From an uncultured Gammaproteobacteria bacterium (GTDB lineage Bacteria > Patescibacteriota > Microgenomatia > UBA8517): DNA of 64,000 nt. Positions within the stretch are counted from its first letter, which is position 1; each line of letters opens with the position of its first letter. Position numbers and translations under genes: made by a program. The DNA is taken from positions 5,159-69,158 of the forward strand of contig CAYRCU010000001.1 of NCBI GenBank assembly GCA_964422865.1. The letters run 5' to 3'. Shown piece after piece: positions 8,249 to 17,634 of the stretch. The notes beneath the pieces were generated by a model. That model saw nothing but the letters and a program-made list of their open reading frames with translations. It searched no databases and was not told the DNA's origin.

Positions 8249-10114
8249 CTAGCTTGCTTGTAGTTTTTCCTGCATCTCTGTAATATATTCTTCGGCCTTT
8301 ATTGCCCAGGGGTCTGATGGGTTGTTTAATATTTTGTTGTGATTTCTAAAAGCCCGAATAGCTTCTTTGTAATTTCCCAGTTCCTTGTATCCCAGTCCAA
8401 GGTTATAAAAAGCCGGATCGAATTCCGGATCAATAGAAATTGCTTGTTGATACGCTTCAATTGCTTTTTTGTATTTGCCAAGATCCTTAAAAATGTTTCC
8501 AAGTTCATTGTAAGAATAAATAAATTCCGGATCAGTAGAAATTACTTGACTGAAAGCTTCGACAGCTTCTTCGTATCTGCCAAGAGCATACAGGGTGATT
8601 CCAAGTCCGTAGTAAGAGTAGACATATTCCGGATTAATAGATATCGCTTGACTGAAAGCTTCGACAGCTTCTTCGTATCTGCCAAGAACGCTTAAGATAC
8701 TTCCGGTGTTTTGTAGGATGTGAGACTGTAATCCACCTTCCGGTTTGAATAAAGTTATGCGAACAGGCTCTTTAGATGAAGGGTATTTTATATCGAGATG
8801 TAAGCCGCCGTCTTCTGAATGATGCGCAAGGCCTATAATGTCCTTGACACATATACTATTTCCTGATATTTCTTTGTCTGTTACTTCATGATTGCTCAGA
8901 TAGCCTTCTGATGGAGTAAAATCCCGCCAAAATACTTTTCCGTTACTTGTAATTAAAAAAGTTAACGAGTGATTGGGCACATCTGCGTGGAGGTATTTTA
9001 TTCCCACTTCATCAAGCAGTCCTCCACCTAAAATTGATGCTCCGACACAATTTATGAACTGTGTCTCGACTATCTTTGATGGATAATTTGAGCTGCCGTC
9101 AACCTCATCCGAATGTTTATACGGAAAAGCGCAAACGGCTTTTTGAATTTTTCCTGCTATTTCTAATTCTTTTTTGGCAATAGCATGAACGTCTTCTGAT
9201 TTTCTCACTCTTTCCAATTCCCGTTTTAGTCTGGGGATTTTTAAGACATCGTAAAGCCTTTTTTGCTCCGCAGATATTTTTAAGCCGAGTTCGTGTATTA
9301 CCGTAACAGGTGCTTTAACTTCCATCACCAACTTTTCTATCCCTCTTCTAAAAATGGCTGTTTTCATTTCTCTTTCCGGAGTTTCAATCGTCTTTACTAT
9401 CTGTCTTTTTGATTTCTCTTGAAGGCGTTGGATTGGTCCTTTTTTTGTTTCCCATGGTTTTTCTCCGTCGGCCCTGTATCCTTTTCTGGAAAGTGCCCCA
9501 AAGTACACTTGAAGCGACTTGATTCTTCTTTTTTCAATTTCATCCGGAGAAGGGTTTTCTCCCAATCTTTTTACCCTTTTTTGGTAAGTCGCTTCTCCGA
9601 GAAACCATTCGTCAAGTTTCTGTTTGTCTTCTTCGGTTAATGCTGTTTTGCGACTGTTTTTTCTTGTTAAAAAAGAGCCATATGCGTGAAACTCACGGGC
9701 AATTTTTCTTGCCAGTTCACTGCCGTCTTCAATGTGTGGGAGATATTCTTCCAAATACAAGCCCGCTTTTTTGAAAGTTTCACCCAGTTTGAAAATTTCT
9801 TTTGCCCTTTTTTCGCGCAACTTGGGTTTTTTGGCATAGGTGCCACGGTCAACTGCTTTTATCACATCTACCATCTCCCATAACTGTAAATCACGGGGAA
9901 GAAATAATGTTTGCCCTCCTTGGTCATTTTTTTCAAGGATTTTTCTCCTACCCCTTTGCTTCCACCGCTCTCTTGAAATGAAGCGCGGCTCTATGGAATC
10001 ATTTATTTCGCACCACTTGGCAAAAAATTCCTGGGCGGGTGATTCGGAAAATGGAGTTTTTTCTACTGCTTTCCGTGTTTCCCAAATAAGCTCTGATTCA
10101 AAATTACCGGTCAT
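8249..10114 (-). CDS. Large protein with a transglutaminase-like Cys-His-Asp core and C-terminal TPR repeats
   Basis: Central NCVGASILGG...HADVPNHSLTFLI...WRDFTPSEG resembles the transglutaminase/papain-like catalytic triad spacing. At least three TPR repeats (GRYEEAVEAFSQAISINPEY...). Confidence 0.5.
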   Translation of the reverse strand: MTGNFESELIWETRKAVEKTPFSESPAQEFFAKWCEINDSIEPRFISRERWKQRGRRKILEKNDQGGQTLFLPRDLQLWEMVDVIKAVDRGTYAKKPKLREKRAKEIFKLGETFKKAGLYLEEYLPHIEDGSELARKIAREFHAYGSFLTRKNSRKTALTEEDKQKLDEWFLGEATYQKRVKRLGENPSPDEIEKRRIKSLQVYFGALSRKGYRADGEKPWETKKGPIQRLQEKSKRQIVKTIETPEREMKTAIFRRGIEKLVMEVKAPVTVIHELGLKISAEQKRLYDVLKIPRLKRELERVRKSEDVHAIAKKELEIAGKIQKAVCAFPYKHSDEVDGSSNYPSKIVETQFINCVGASILGGGLLDEVGIKYLHADVPNHSLTFLITSNGKVFWRDFTPSEGYLSNHEVTDKEISGNSICVKDIIGLAHHSEDGGLHLDIKYPSSKEPVRITLFKPEGGLQSHILQNTGSILSVLGRYEEAVEAFSQAISINPEYVYSYYGLGITLYALGRYEEAVEAFSQVISTDPEFIYSYNELGNIFKDLGKYKKAIEAYQQAISIDPEFDPAFYNLGLGYKELGNYKEAIRAFRNHNKILNNPSDPWAIKAEEYITEMQEKLQAS

Positions 10115-10138
10115 TTTGTGTTATATATTATTCCACAT

Positions 10139-10475
10139 TTTTGTCATTTTTGCTTCCTTTGTCATTTCTGCCCCTCATTGTCATTACCACCTCCCCCCAT
10201 TGTCATTCCCGCGAAAGCGGGAATCTAGCGGGAGTGACGGGAGAGTTGGGGATGCCCCTGGATTCCCGATCAGGTCGGGAATGACAGGGGGAAAAGTTGG
10301 GAATGACTGGGGAAAAGTTGGGAATGACGGGGGGGGAAAAGTTGGGAATGACAGAACACGCTCATTGTCATTCCCGCGGAAGCGGGAATCTAGAAGAAAT
10401 AGTGGGTTGGTCTGGAAGTGTTCCTGGATTCCCGATCAGGTCGGGAATGACAGGGGAGAAGTTGGGAATGACAGA
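10139..10475. repeat. Composite intergenic repeat array: TTGTCATT iterations, two copies of a GNRA-loop hairpin, two copies of a second hairpin, and tandem about 20-bp GGGGAAAAGTTGGGAATGAC units
   Basis: TTGTCATT starts at 10141, 10159, 10178 and 10200. Hairpin ATTCCCGC-GAAA-GCGGGAAT at about 10205-10224, and its copy with a GGAA loop at about 10368-10387. Hairpin ATTCCCGA-TCAGG-TCGGGAAT at about 10262-10282 and 10426-10446. The GGGAATGAC(A/G/T) motif recurs at least 6 times. Confidence 0.8.
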
Positions 10476-11083
10476 TTGGGAGTAGTAGTGAGATAATTCC
10501 AAAGCAGTGGGAGAGTTCCTGGTGGAATTGAGGCTGTTTTTGAGGTTGGTTTTGGTATATTTGAAAACCTTTCCCCAATTATTTGCATAACATCTGGGTC
10601 GTTTTTAATCTCGGACTTTCTTTCAAATCCCCTTCTGACTCTTTTGTTTAGTCTTAGCAGAGCTTCTTGTTTTTTTTCCGGAGTTTGGGCAACAACCATT
10701 TGAATTATGTCTGCTGCAGCTTGTTGAAGCCCCCTACCTCTTGTATATTCGTTTTCACCTATCCTACCTGCCCCATGCTTTTTGCCTGTTTCGTAGCAAA
10801 ATTTAAGAAAATCAGATAATTCTTCTTCTTCACCAAACACTGCAAGCATTGCATGAACCCTGTCTGAATCGTCCGGCCTGTCTGTTCTAAGATCGTCCGG
10901 CCTTGCGCGAAATTTGGTGGCGGCAAGGGATATCCGATCGTGTTCGGACAGATCGAGATTTAATCCTGCTTCTTTCAAAGCAGTCCTCATTGCCTCTATC
11001 TCTGCCTGTGTGAATTCGGTTATTTCCTGCGCGCTCCGCGGGTCTTTGGATCCCAGCAATGCAATTTTTTGTTCTGCCGACAA
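10436..11083 (-). CDS. Hypothetical protein whose C-terminal about 18 aa are encoded by the repeat array
   Basis: 215-aa ORF. The tail ...PNLSFPTSPLSFPT is translated from GGGAATGAC repeats, suggesting a repeat insertion into its 3' end. Confidence 0.45.
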   Translation of the reverse strand: MSAEQKIALLGSKDPRSAQEITEFTQAEIEAMRTALKEAGLNLDLSEHDRISLAATKFRARPDDLRTDRPDDSDRVHAMLAVFGEEEELSDFLKFCYETGKKHGAGRIGENEYTRGRGLQQAAADIIQMVVAQTPEKKQEALLRLNKRVRRGFERKSEIKNDPDVMQIIGERFSNIPKPTSKTASIPPGTLPLLWNYLTTTPNLSFPTSPLSFPT

Positions 11084-11123
11084 GAGAGCTCTTTATTTTG
11101 CCATACGGTAATTATATCAAATT

Positions 11124-11570
11124 TTACGACCTAGTTTTGTTTAGGGGTTTTGAGCTGGAAAAATCTTTTATGATAAATAGCTTTGCAAGGGCGATAGAAA
11201 ATTGAATTAAATAAAAGATCAACATGGTGGTAGCCACACTTGTGAATGGTTTTGTTGCCTCAAGGTGAGAACGGGCAAATATTCCTGCAAAAGCAAATAG
11301 TGAAAAAAACACTACAAATAACCAGCCTACTCTTTTGTTCTTGAAAATGGCATATCCAGTGAATAGCCATGTGAGGATATAAAAGGCTGAAGGAAAAATG
11401 TAATAGATTAGAGGATATTTAGAGAACGGTTCAGGTTTTGCAATGTAGCTAACATAAAAAGATATTAAAGATATTAATAATATTAGCCCATTTAATGTGT
11501 ACCAAAATGAAAGGATGAAGCGTACCAATAAATCATACTTTTTATTTAGTTTGTTGATGATTTTATTCAT
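11124..11570 (-). CDS. Hypothetical 4-TM membrane protein
   Basis: Four hydrophobic helices. No recognisable domain. Confidence 0.45.
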   Translation of the reverse strand: MNKIINKLNKKYDLLVRFILSFWYTLNGLILLISLISFYVSYIAKPEPFSKYPLIYYIFPSAFYILTWLFTGYAIFKNKRVGWLFVVFFSLFAFAGIFARSHLEATKPFTSVATTMLIFYLIQFSIALAKLFIIKDFSSSKPLNKTRS

Positions 11571-11684
11571 AAAAGTAATATTATAATTTTTATATTACCA
11601 TGTCGGAGTGATAAAGCAGATTTCTTGATCTATTGGTATTTTGTAAGTAAAATATAAACTATAAGACGGGAGGTGGAGATATAA

Positions 11685-11909
11685 ATGTCTAGATCTAAAG
11701 AAGCGTCGCCAGAGTATGAGATTGATTTTTCGGCTTCTAAGTTTGCCGGGATGGGGACGGAATTGAATCCGATTATCCTTCCGCGGGAAACGTATATTGG
11801 AACTGCGTCATGGCCGTCAAAGGGTGAGATGTCGAAACCTCGTCGTGCGCCGGGTGAGAAAGGGGAAGTAGTTGCGCGTGAGGAAAAAGACGTCAATAAA
11901 AATTCCTGA
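11685..11909 (+). CDS. Small hypothetical protein (74 aa) with a strong Shine-Dalgarno
   Basis: GGAGGTGGAG lies 6 nt upstream of the ATG. Locally GC-richer than flanks. An antisense ORF 11630..11947 also exists, so the assignment is uncertain. Confidence 0.35.
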   Translation: MSRSKEASPEYEIDFSASKFAGMGTELNPIILPRETYIGTASWPSKGEMSKPRRAPGEKGEVVAREEKDVNKNS

Positions 11910-11937
11910 TAGGGGAAGTGATGAAAAGGTTTTTTTG

Positions 11938-12489
11938 TTATTTCCACTTAATATTGCAGCCGCTGCTGGGGTATTGCTTTGCTTCCGGCTTTTTTCCGCC
12001 CAGCACTGCATCTATTGCCGCTCTTAAATCCTTGCCTGTCACCGGCTTATTATTACCGGGCCTGCTTTCATCTAACTGTCCCCGATAAACCAGTTCCTTG
12101 TTTTTGTTAAATAGAAAAAAGTCAGGGGTACAAGCCGCAGTAAAATCTTTAGCTACTTCTTGGCTCTCATCATATAAAATTGGAAACCTAAAATCATATT
12201 CCTCAACCATCTTTGCCAGGTTCTCCGGACTGTCATCAGGATAATTTTCCACATCATTTGCACTAATTCCCACGATAGCCACACGGCTTTCGTATTCTTG
12301 TGAAAGTTTGGCCAGCTCTTCGGCTACATGTGATACATAAGGGCAATGCCGGCACATAAAAATAATTAGAATCGGCTGATTTGTTTCGAAATCCTTTGAA
12401 GAAATTTTTTTGCCACTTACTACATCAGGTAACTCAAACTCGGGCATCTTTGTTCCCAACTTAAGCATAGTGCTTTGTGTTAGTGCCAT
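11938..12489 (-). CDS. Thioredoxin-fold thiol-disulfide oxidoreductase (redoxin/AhpC-TSA-like)
   Basis: CxxC motif CRHCPY in a thioredoxin-like context. Confidence 0.6.
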   Translation of the reverse strand: MALTQSTMLKLGTKMPEFELPDVVSGKKISSKDFETNQPILIIFMCRHCPYVSHVAEELAKLSQEYESRVAIVGISANDVENYPDDSPENLAKMVEEYDFRFPILYDESQEVAKDFTAACTPDFFLFNKNKELVYRGQLDESRPGNNKPVTGKDLRAAIDAVLGGKKPEAKQYPSSGCNIKWK

Positions 12490-12519
12490 CTTAATGAGTT
12501 ATTATATACGATTTATCAA

Positions 12520-15225
12520 TCATCCCTTCTGGGGATAGTGGCATTTTTTCCACTTCTTGCCGCTTCCGCACCAACAGGGGTCATTTCTTCCGATTTTTTT
12601 TCTTTTTATTGTTTGTGAGGTTTTGCCGGCTGCTGCCTGAAGCTTTTTAGTGGCTTCACTTGCGAGCCCTGTTTGATCTTCTGTATCTATATTTGTTTCA
12701 ACTTTGTCTAAGGGAATTTCCGGAGCTACTCGCATGCCTACCCTAAAGATTCTTCGTGAAAGCTCTTCGTCAATTCTATCCAGGAGACTTTCAAAGAGTC
12801 CGTAAGCTTCGTTTTTAAATTCCACCAAGGGATCCTTTTGGCCAAACGCTCTAAGGCCGACACTTTCTCTGAGGTTATCAATATGATCAATATGATCCAT
12901 CCAAAGGTGATCTATGGAGCCCAGGTACGCGAAGCGTTCTATCTGACGCATGACTTTTGGGGTGACTTGGGTTTCTCTGGACTTGTGAGCAGTTTTTATC
13001 AAATCGAAGAGAAAATCATGAAGTTTTTCTTTGTCTTTTAGGCTTTTAAGTTTGGTTTTTATCCCTTCTCTTGATTTTTCATCAAACGGAATAATTTCCA
13101 AGATGTTTACAAAGATACTTTCGTAATTTGGTTTTTCATTTTCCTCCGGCCAGGAAACAAGAATTATATAGTCCACTCTGTGCTTTAATTTTTCAAGAAT
13201 CTCTTTTTTGAGACTTTTGCTTTTTAGAACCCTTTTTCTCAGGCCATAGATAATTTCTCTCTGTTGATTTGCTACATCGTCGTATTCTACGAGGCGCTTT
13301 CTTGCGTCAAAGTTAAATCCTTCTACTTTTGCTTGAGCTTGTTCAATGGCGCGGCTAACCAGTCTATTTTCTATCGGTTGATCCTCCGGAAGCTTTAGGC
13401 GATCCATGATGGAGCTTATCTGCTCTCCACCAAAGATTCTCATTAGATCATCCTCTAAAGACAGATAAAAGCGGGAGGAGCCCGGGTCACCTTGACGGCC
13501 CGACCTGCCTCTTAGCTGATTGTCTATTCTCCTTGACTCATGCCGTTCGGTTCCTATTACATGGAGTCCACCGAGTTTTATTACTTTATCGTGCTCTCTT
13601 TTCCAATTTTTGTATTCTTTTGATTTTTGATATTCTTCGGTGGTTTGCCCTTTTTTGCGCTCGGGAATGGCGCCCCCAAGAACTATGTCAACCCCACGAC
13701 CGGCCATGTTTGTTGCGACTGTTACCGCACCGGGCTTTCCCGCGTCAGCAATAATTGCAGCCTCCCTTTCATGGTTTTTGGCGTTTAGGACATTGTGGGG
13801 AATCTTTTTTCTTTTAAGAAGTTGGCTTAAGATTAAGTTTCTTTCGATGGAGGTTGTGCCCACCAGAACGGGTTGCCCTTTTTTGTGTAGTTTTTCAATC
13901 TCTATAGCCACCGCGCCGTATTTTGCACGGGTGGTTTTGTAGACAAGATCCGGATGATCACGCCTTATCATGGGCTTGTGTGTCGGTATGGCAACTGTGT
14001 CGAGTCCGTATATTTTTTTGAATTCTTCGGCTTCCGTAACAGCTGTTGCCGTCATTCCGGAAAGCACCTCATACATTCTGAAATAGTTTTGAAATGAGAT
14101 TGTAGCCAGGGTTTTGCTTTCCTGCTGGATTGTGACTCCTTCTTTTGCTTCGACAGCTTGGTGGAGGCCGTCTCCCCACCTGCGCCCGGGCATTAGGCGG
14201 CCTGTGAATTCATCCACTATTACGACACCCTCTTCTTTGACCACATACTGCTGGTCTCTATGATAAAGTGCGTTTGCCCGGAGGGCGTTTTCAATATGGT
14301 GAATTGTGTCAAAATCCTTTTCGTAGAGATTTTTGACTCCCAGAATTTTTTCGACTTTTAAAATCCCATGCTCTGTTAAGTTTGCCGACCGGGATTTTTC
14401 GTCGATTATGTAATCTGTGTCCGGATTAAGTTTGCCTACAAGCTGGGCAAAGCGATAATATTTTTCGGTGGGTTCCGCGTCCGGTGCTGAAATAATAAGA
14501 GGAGTGCGTGCTTCATCTATTAATATTGAATCCACTTCATCAACTATTGCAAAATAGTGGCCGCGCTGGGACATGTGATCAAGGTTGCTGACCATATTAT
14601 CTCTGAGATAATCAAAACCAAATTCGTTGTTTGTCCCGTAAGTGATGTCGGCTTTATATGCTTCTTTTCTATCTGATGGTTTTAGGTGCTCCAAGCGTTC
14701 GTCGCCGTAGCTTTTATCACTAAAGCTTGTGTCATAAATAAAGCTTTTTTGTTCTTGAGTTATTACTCCGACGGATAGCCCTAAAAGGTCGTAAATAGGT
14801 GCGTTCCAACCGGCGCCTATTTTTGCCAAATAGTCATTTACGGTAACCAGATGAGCTCCCTTACCTGTAAGGGCGCGCAGATATAAGGGTGCTGCTGCTG
14901 ACAGAGTTTTTCCTTCTCCCGTTTTCTGCTCCGCAACTTTACCCTCAAAGAGGGAAATTCCTGCCATAAGCTGTACATCATAGGGCCTTAAGCCAATTGT
15001 ACGCCAAGCTGCTTCGCGGACCAGGGCAAAGCTTTCCGGAATGAGGCTTTCAAGAGCCTCTCCTTTTTTTAATCTTTCTTTTAATTCAAGCGTCTTTCCC
15101 ACAAAATCTTCGTTTTTGTATTTTTTTGCTTTTTTGTCCAAGATATTTATTTTTTCAACTTCTTTTTGAAGGCGAGAAAGCTCTCTTTTGTTTATATCAA
15201 GGACTTTTGAGAATATGTTTAGCAT
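12520..15225 (-). CDS. secA: Preprotein translocase ATPase SecA
   Basis: 901 aa. DEAD-like motor motifs. C-terminal zinc-binding CWCGSGKKWKKCH. Confidence 0.95.
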   Translation of the reverse strand: MLNIFSKVLDINKRELSRLQKEVEKINILDKKAKKYKNEDFVGKTLELKERLKKGEALESLIPESFALVREAAWRTIGLRPYDVQLMAGISLFEGKVAEQKTGEGKTLSAAAPLYLRALTGKGAHLVTVNDYLAKIGAGWNAPIYDLLGLSVGVITQEQKSFIYDTSFSDKSYGDERLEHLKPSDRKEAYKADITYGTNNEFGFDYLRDNMVSNLDHMSQRGHYFAIVDEVDSILIDEARTPLIISAPDAEPTEKYYRFAQLVGKLNPDTDYIIDEKSRSANLTEHGILKVEKILGVKNLYEKDFDTIHHIENALRANALYHRDQQYVVKEEGVVIVDEFTGRLMPGRRWGDGLHQAVEAKEGVTIQQESKTLATISFQNYFRMYEVLSGMTATAVTEAEEFKKIYGLDTVAIPTHKPMIRRDHPDLVYKTTRAKYGAVAIEIEKLHKKGQPVLVGTTSIERNLILSQLLKRKKIPHNVLNAKNHEREAAIIADAGKPGAVTVATNMAGRGVDIVLGGAIPERKKGQTTEEYQKSKEYKNWKREHDKVIKLGGLHVIGTERHESRRIDNQLRGRSGRQGDPGSSRFYLSLEDDLMRIFGGEQISSIMDRLKLPEDQPIENRLVSRAIEQAQAKVEGFNFDARKRLVEYDDVANQQREIIYGLRKRVLKSKSLKKEILEKLKHRVDYIILVSWPEENEKPNYESIFVNILEIIPFDEKSREGIKTKLKSLKDKEKLHDFLFDLIKTAHKSRETQVTPKVMRQIERFAYLGSIDHLWMDHIDHIDNLRESVGLRAFGQKDPLVEFKNEAYGLFESLLDRIDEELSRRIFRVGMRVAPEIPLDKVETNIDTEDQTGLASEATKKLQAAAGKTSQTIKRKKIGRNDPCWCGSGKKWKKCHYPQKG

Positions 15226-15301
15226 GGGTAAATTTACTTACTGATTTTAGCAGACGAAAGTTGATATTGATACTTTAAAATACTAATGTTACTGTTAGGA
15301 T

Positions 15302-16474
15302 ATGAGGAGGTTTTTGCCGGGTTTTATTGTTGTGATTGTTGTTGGCTTATTGATGGCGCCCATGGCACTTGCCAGTTCGAAGACGGAAATTAGCAAGGAT
15401 GTTGTGGTTTTGCCTAAAGAAAAAGTGTTAAATGAAGATTATTTTGCTGCAGGAGATATTGTGGAGATCTCGGGAACTGTAAATGGGGACGTGTACGTAG
15501 CCGGCGGACAGGTTTTTGTTGACGGCGTGATTAATGGAGACTTGATTGCGGCGGGGGGAGTTGTGTATCTTCTTGGAAAGGTTGAGCAAGATGCCCGAAT
15601 TGGAGGAGGGCAAGTTGTGGTAGGGGGAGAGGTTGGAGGAAATATAACGATTGTTGGAGGGAGCTTGGAAATTGCAAATAATGCAAAGGTTGGCGGGAGC
15701 ATGGTTGCGGCGGGGGGAAATATTGTGGTGAATGCTCCAATTGCCGGAGAGATGAATGTTGTGGGAGGAAGCTTGACTGTTAATAACACAATTGACGGAG
15801 ATTTAACAGCAAGGGTTGAATCAGCAAGACTAACTTCTAATGCCCAGGTAAATGGTGATTTTGAATATTGGAGCCAGGAAAATGTTTTGGTTGACAAAAA
15901 TGCTTATATTTCCGGAACTGTGAGCAGGCATGATGTTGCAGGTGACATTAAGGTTCCAAGTAAAAGAGATCTGACGAAAATTTGGGCTACTATCGGAGTG
16001 GCTTTGAAGTCGATAAGCTTTATGACAACTTTGATTGTTGGACTTCTTCTTATCAAGCTGTTTCCCAAGTGTATAAAGAATACATCGAGCAAGGTGAGTA
16101 AAAAGTTTTGGATCTCGTTTTTTGTGGGACTTTTGGGACTTATTGTTACACCAATATTGGTAGTGGTTTTACTCATTACGGTTATCGGCGCTCCTTTGGG
16201 GCTTATGATTGTCCCGCTGTTTATAACTTTTGTGTTTATTTCAAGAATTTTCGGAATAATAGCTTTGGGGAATTTGCTGACTGTGAAAGTTTTAAGGAAA
16301 AAAGAGAAAACAATATGGGGATTTGTAATTGGGATTTTGGTTTATTACCTTTTGACTCTTGTGCCTTTTGTTGGCGCAATTACAAAGGCTTTTATAGTTA
16401 CAGCCGGATTTGGCGCCGGACTTATGAGCAGTAAGAACACTTATATAAGTGCTCGAAAAGAAAATATTGTGTAG
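15302..16474 (+). CDS. Bactofilin-like beta-helix repeat protein fused to a polytopic membrane domain
   Basis: Signal peptide, then repeated G(D/N)hxhxGxVxG motifs (GDVYVAGGQVFVDGVINGDL...), then 4-5 TM helices. Confidence 0.5.
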   Translation: MRRFLPGFIVVIVVGLLMAPMALASSKTEISKDVVVLPKEKVLNEDYFAAGDIVEISGTVNGDVYVAGGQVFVDGVINGDLIAAGGVVYLLGKVEQDARIGGGQVVVGGEVGGNITIVGGSLEIANNAKVGGSMVAAGGNIVVNAPIAGEMNVVGGSLTVNNTIDGDLTARVESARLTSNAQVNGDFEYWSQENVLVDKNAYISGTVSRHDVAGDIKVPSKRDLTKIWATIGVALKSISFMTTLIVGLLLIKLFPKCIKNTSSKVSKKFWISFFVGLLGLIVTPILVVVLLITVIGAPLGLMIVPLFITFVFISRIFGIIALGNLLTVKVLRKKEKTIWGFVIGILVYYLLTLVPFVGAITKAFIVTAGFGAGLMSSKNTYISARKENIV

Positions 16475-16482
16475 AATATTTT

Positions 16483-16923
16483 ATGGCTGCAAGAAAAAAG
16501 GTTCAAACTCCGCCAAGATTGCTACGATCAGATAAGGACAGGATTATCGGTGGAGTAGCGGGGGGAATTGGAGAATATCTTGCTGTTGATCCGACACTTA
16601 TTCGAATTGCTTTTATTTTGATAACACTTCTTGGGGGCAGCGGGATTTTATTGTATTTTGTACTTTGGCTAATTATTCCGTCAAATAAGTCACGGGACTT
16701 GTTGACCGGAAAGGAAAGTGTCAGAAAGAACGCAGAAGAAATCAAAGAAAAGGCAGAGGAATTTGCAACGAGAAACAATTCAAGATACCTGACCGGGCTG
16801 GTCCTTCTTGTTTTGGGACTTATATTTCTTTTTGATAATTTCGGAATTCATTTTTTCGGCCTTTGGAAGCTTTGGCCGCTTGGGATAATTGCTTTATCCT
16901 TTGTTATCCTCAGTAAAAAGTGA
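16483..16923 (+). CDS. PspC-domain membrane protein
   Basis: LLRSDKDRIIGGVAGGIGEYLAVDPTLIRIAFILITLLGGSGILLYFVLWLIIP matches the PspC domain. Confidence 0.7.
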   Translation: MAARKKVQTPPRLLRSDKDRIIGGVAGGIGEYLAVDPTLIRIAFILITLLGGSGILLYFVLWLIIPSNKSRDLLTGKESVRKNAEEIKEKAEEFATRNNSRYLTGLVLLVLGLIFLFDNFGIHFFGLWKLWPLGIIALSFVILSKK

Positions 16924-17634
16924 GCGATTGGAACACAAAAACATTACATTCGCTTCCGGGAAAAAACGATCGACTCTAGAAAATACTTTTAGCAATTTTT
17001 TTTCGAATTCTATTGCTTTTTTTCTTCTGTCGCCTTGATAGAAACGATTAAAAACAGCGACTCCGCCAGGGCTTTTTAGGGACTTGTTGACGGAATTTAG
17101 AAACTTTTGCGATTCAAGGTGCTTTGGAAATTGATCTTTTACATATGTATCGATGCAAATTAGATCATATTTATTGTTTTTTTGGACAAATTTGGATGCG
17201 TCTTCTATGTTGATATCCACTTTTTTGGGATCAAGATCAAAATATTTTTCCCCAAGACTTACGATAACCGGGTCTATGTCAACGCCTGTAACGGTGGCTT
17301 CAGGCCAATACTTGTGTATCAGTTTTGCGATTGAGCCTCCGCCAAGACCCAATATCAGACAATTTTTTACTTTTGTTGTACGAATGGATTTTAGAGTGCT
17401 CTGCCAAATTTTTTTAGCTATTCCTCCGGATTGAGTCAGTCCCCCACCTTTTATTTGAATTCCCCAGACAACATCTTTAATTACAGTAAGTTTGCCGTTT
17501 ACCTTTGATTCTGCTTCTTCAAGAACTTTTGAATTTGAGAGAAAATCTGACACTTTGCTCATATTTTGTGCTTTGATTGTAGCAGACATTTCTGAGACAA
17601 TGGCTTGAACCGGGACCGTATATGAGTACTCCAT
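16894..17634 (-). CDS. Spermidine synthase-like (polyamine aminopropyltransferase family) protein
   Basis: LILGLGGGSIAKLI...VTGVDIDPVIV...DLICID class-I MTase/PABS-like motifs. Confidence 0.55.
   Translation of the reverse strand: MEYSYTVPVQAIVSEMSATIKAQNMSKVSDFLSNSKVLEEAESKVNGKLTVIKDVVWGIQIKGGGLTQSGGIAKKIWQSTLKSIRTTKVKNCLILGLGGGSIAKLIHKYWPEATVTGVDIDPVIVSLGEKYFDLDPKKVDINIEDASKFVQKNNKYDLICIDTYVKDQFPKHLESQKFLNSVNKSLKSPGGVAVFNRFYQGDRRKKAIEFEKKLLKVFSRVDRFFPEANVMFLCSNRSLFTEDNKG

Noticed and set aside
9840-10496. 218-aa plus-strand ORF running through the intergenic repeat array
   Set aside because: Translation is dominated by repeat-derived low complexity (GKVGNDGG... repeated). It is antisense to the start of the TGase/TPR gene and has no RBS, so it is an artefact of the repeats.
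12838-13942. Several plus-strand ORFs of 67-100 aa inside secA
   Set aside because: Antisense to a highly conserved, full-length secA, so they are artefacts.
15439-15897. 152-aa minus-strand ORF inside the bactofilin-like gene
   Set aside because: Antisense of Gly/Val repeat coding, giving Pro/Thr low complexity.
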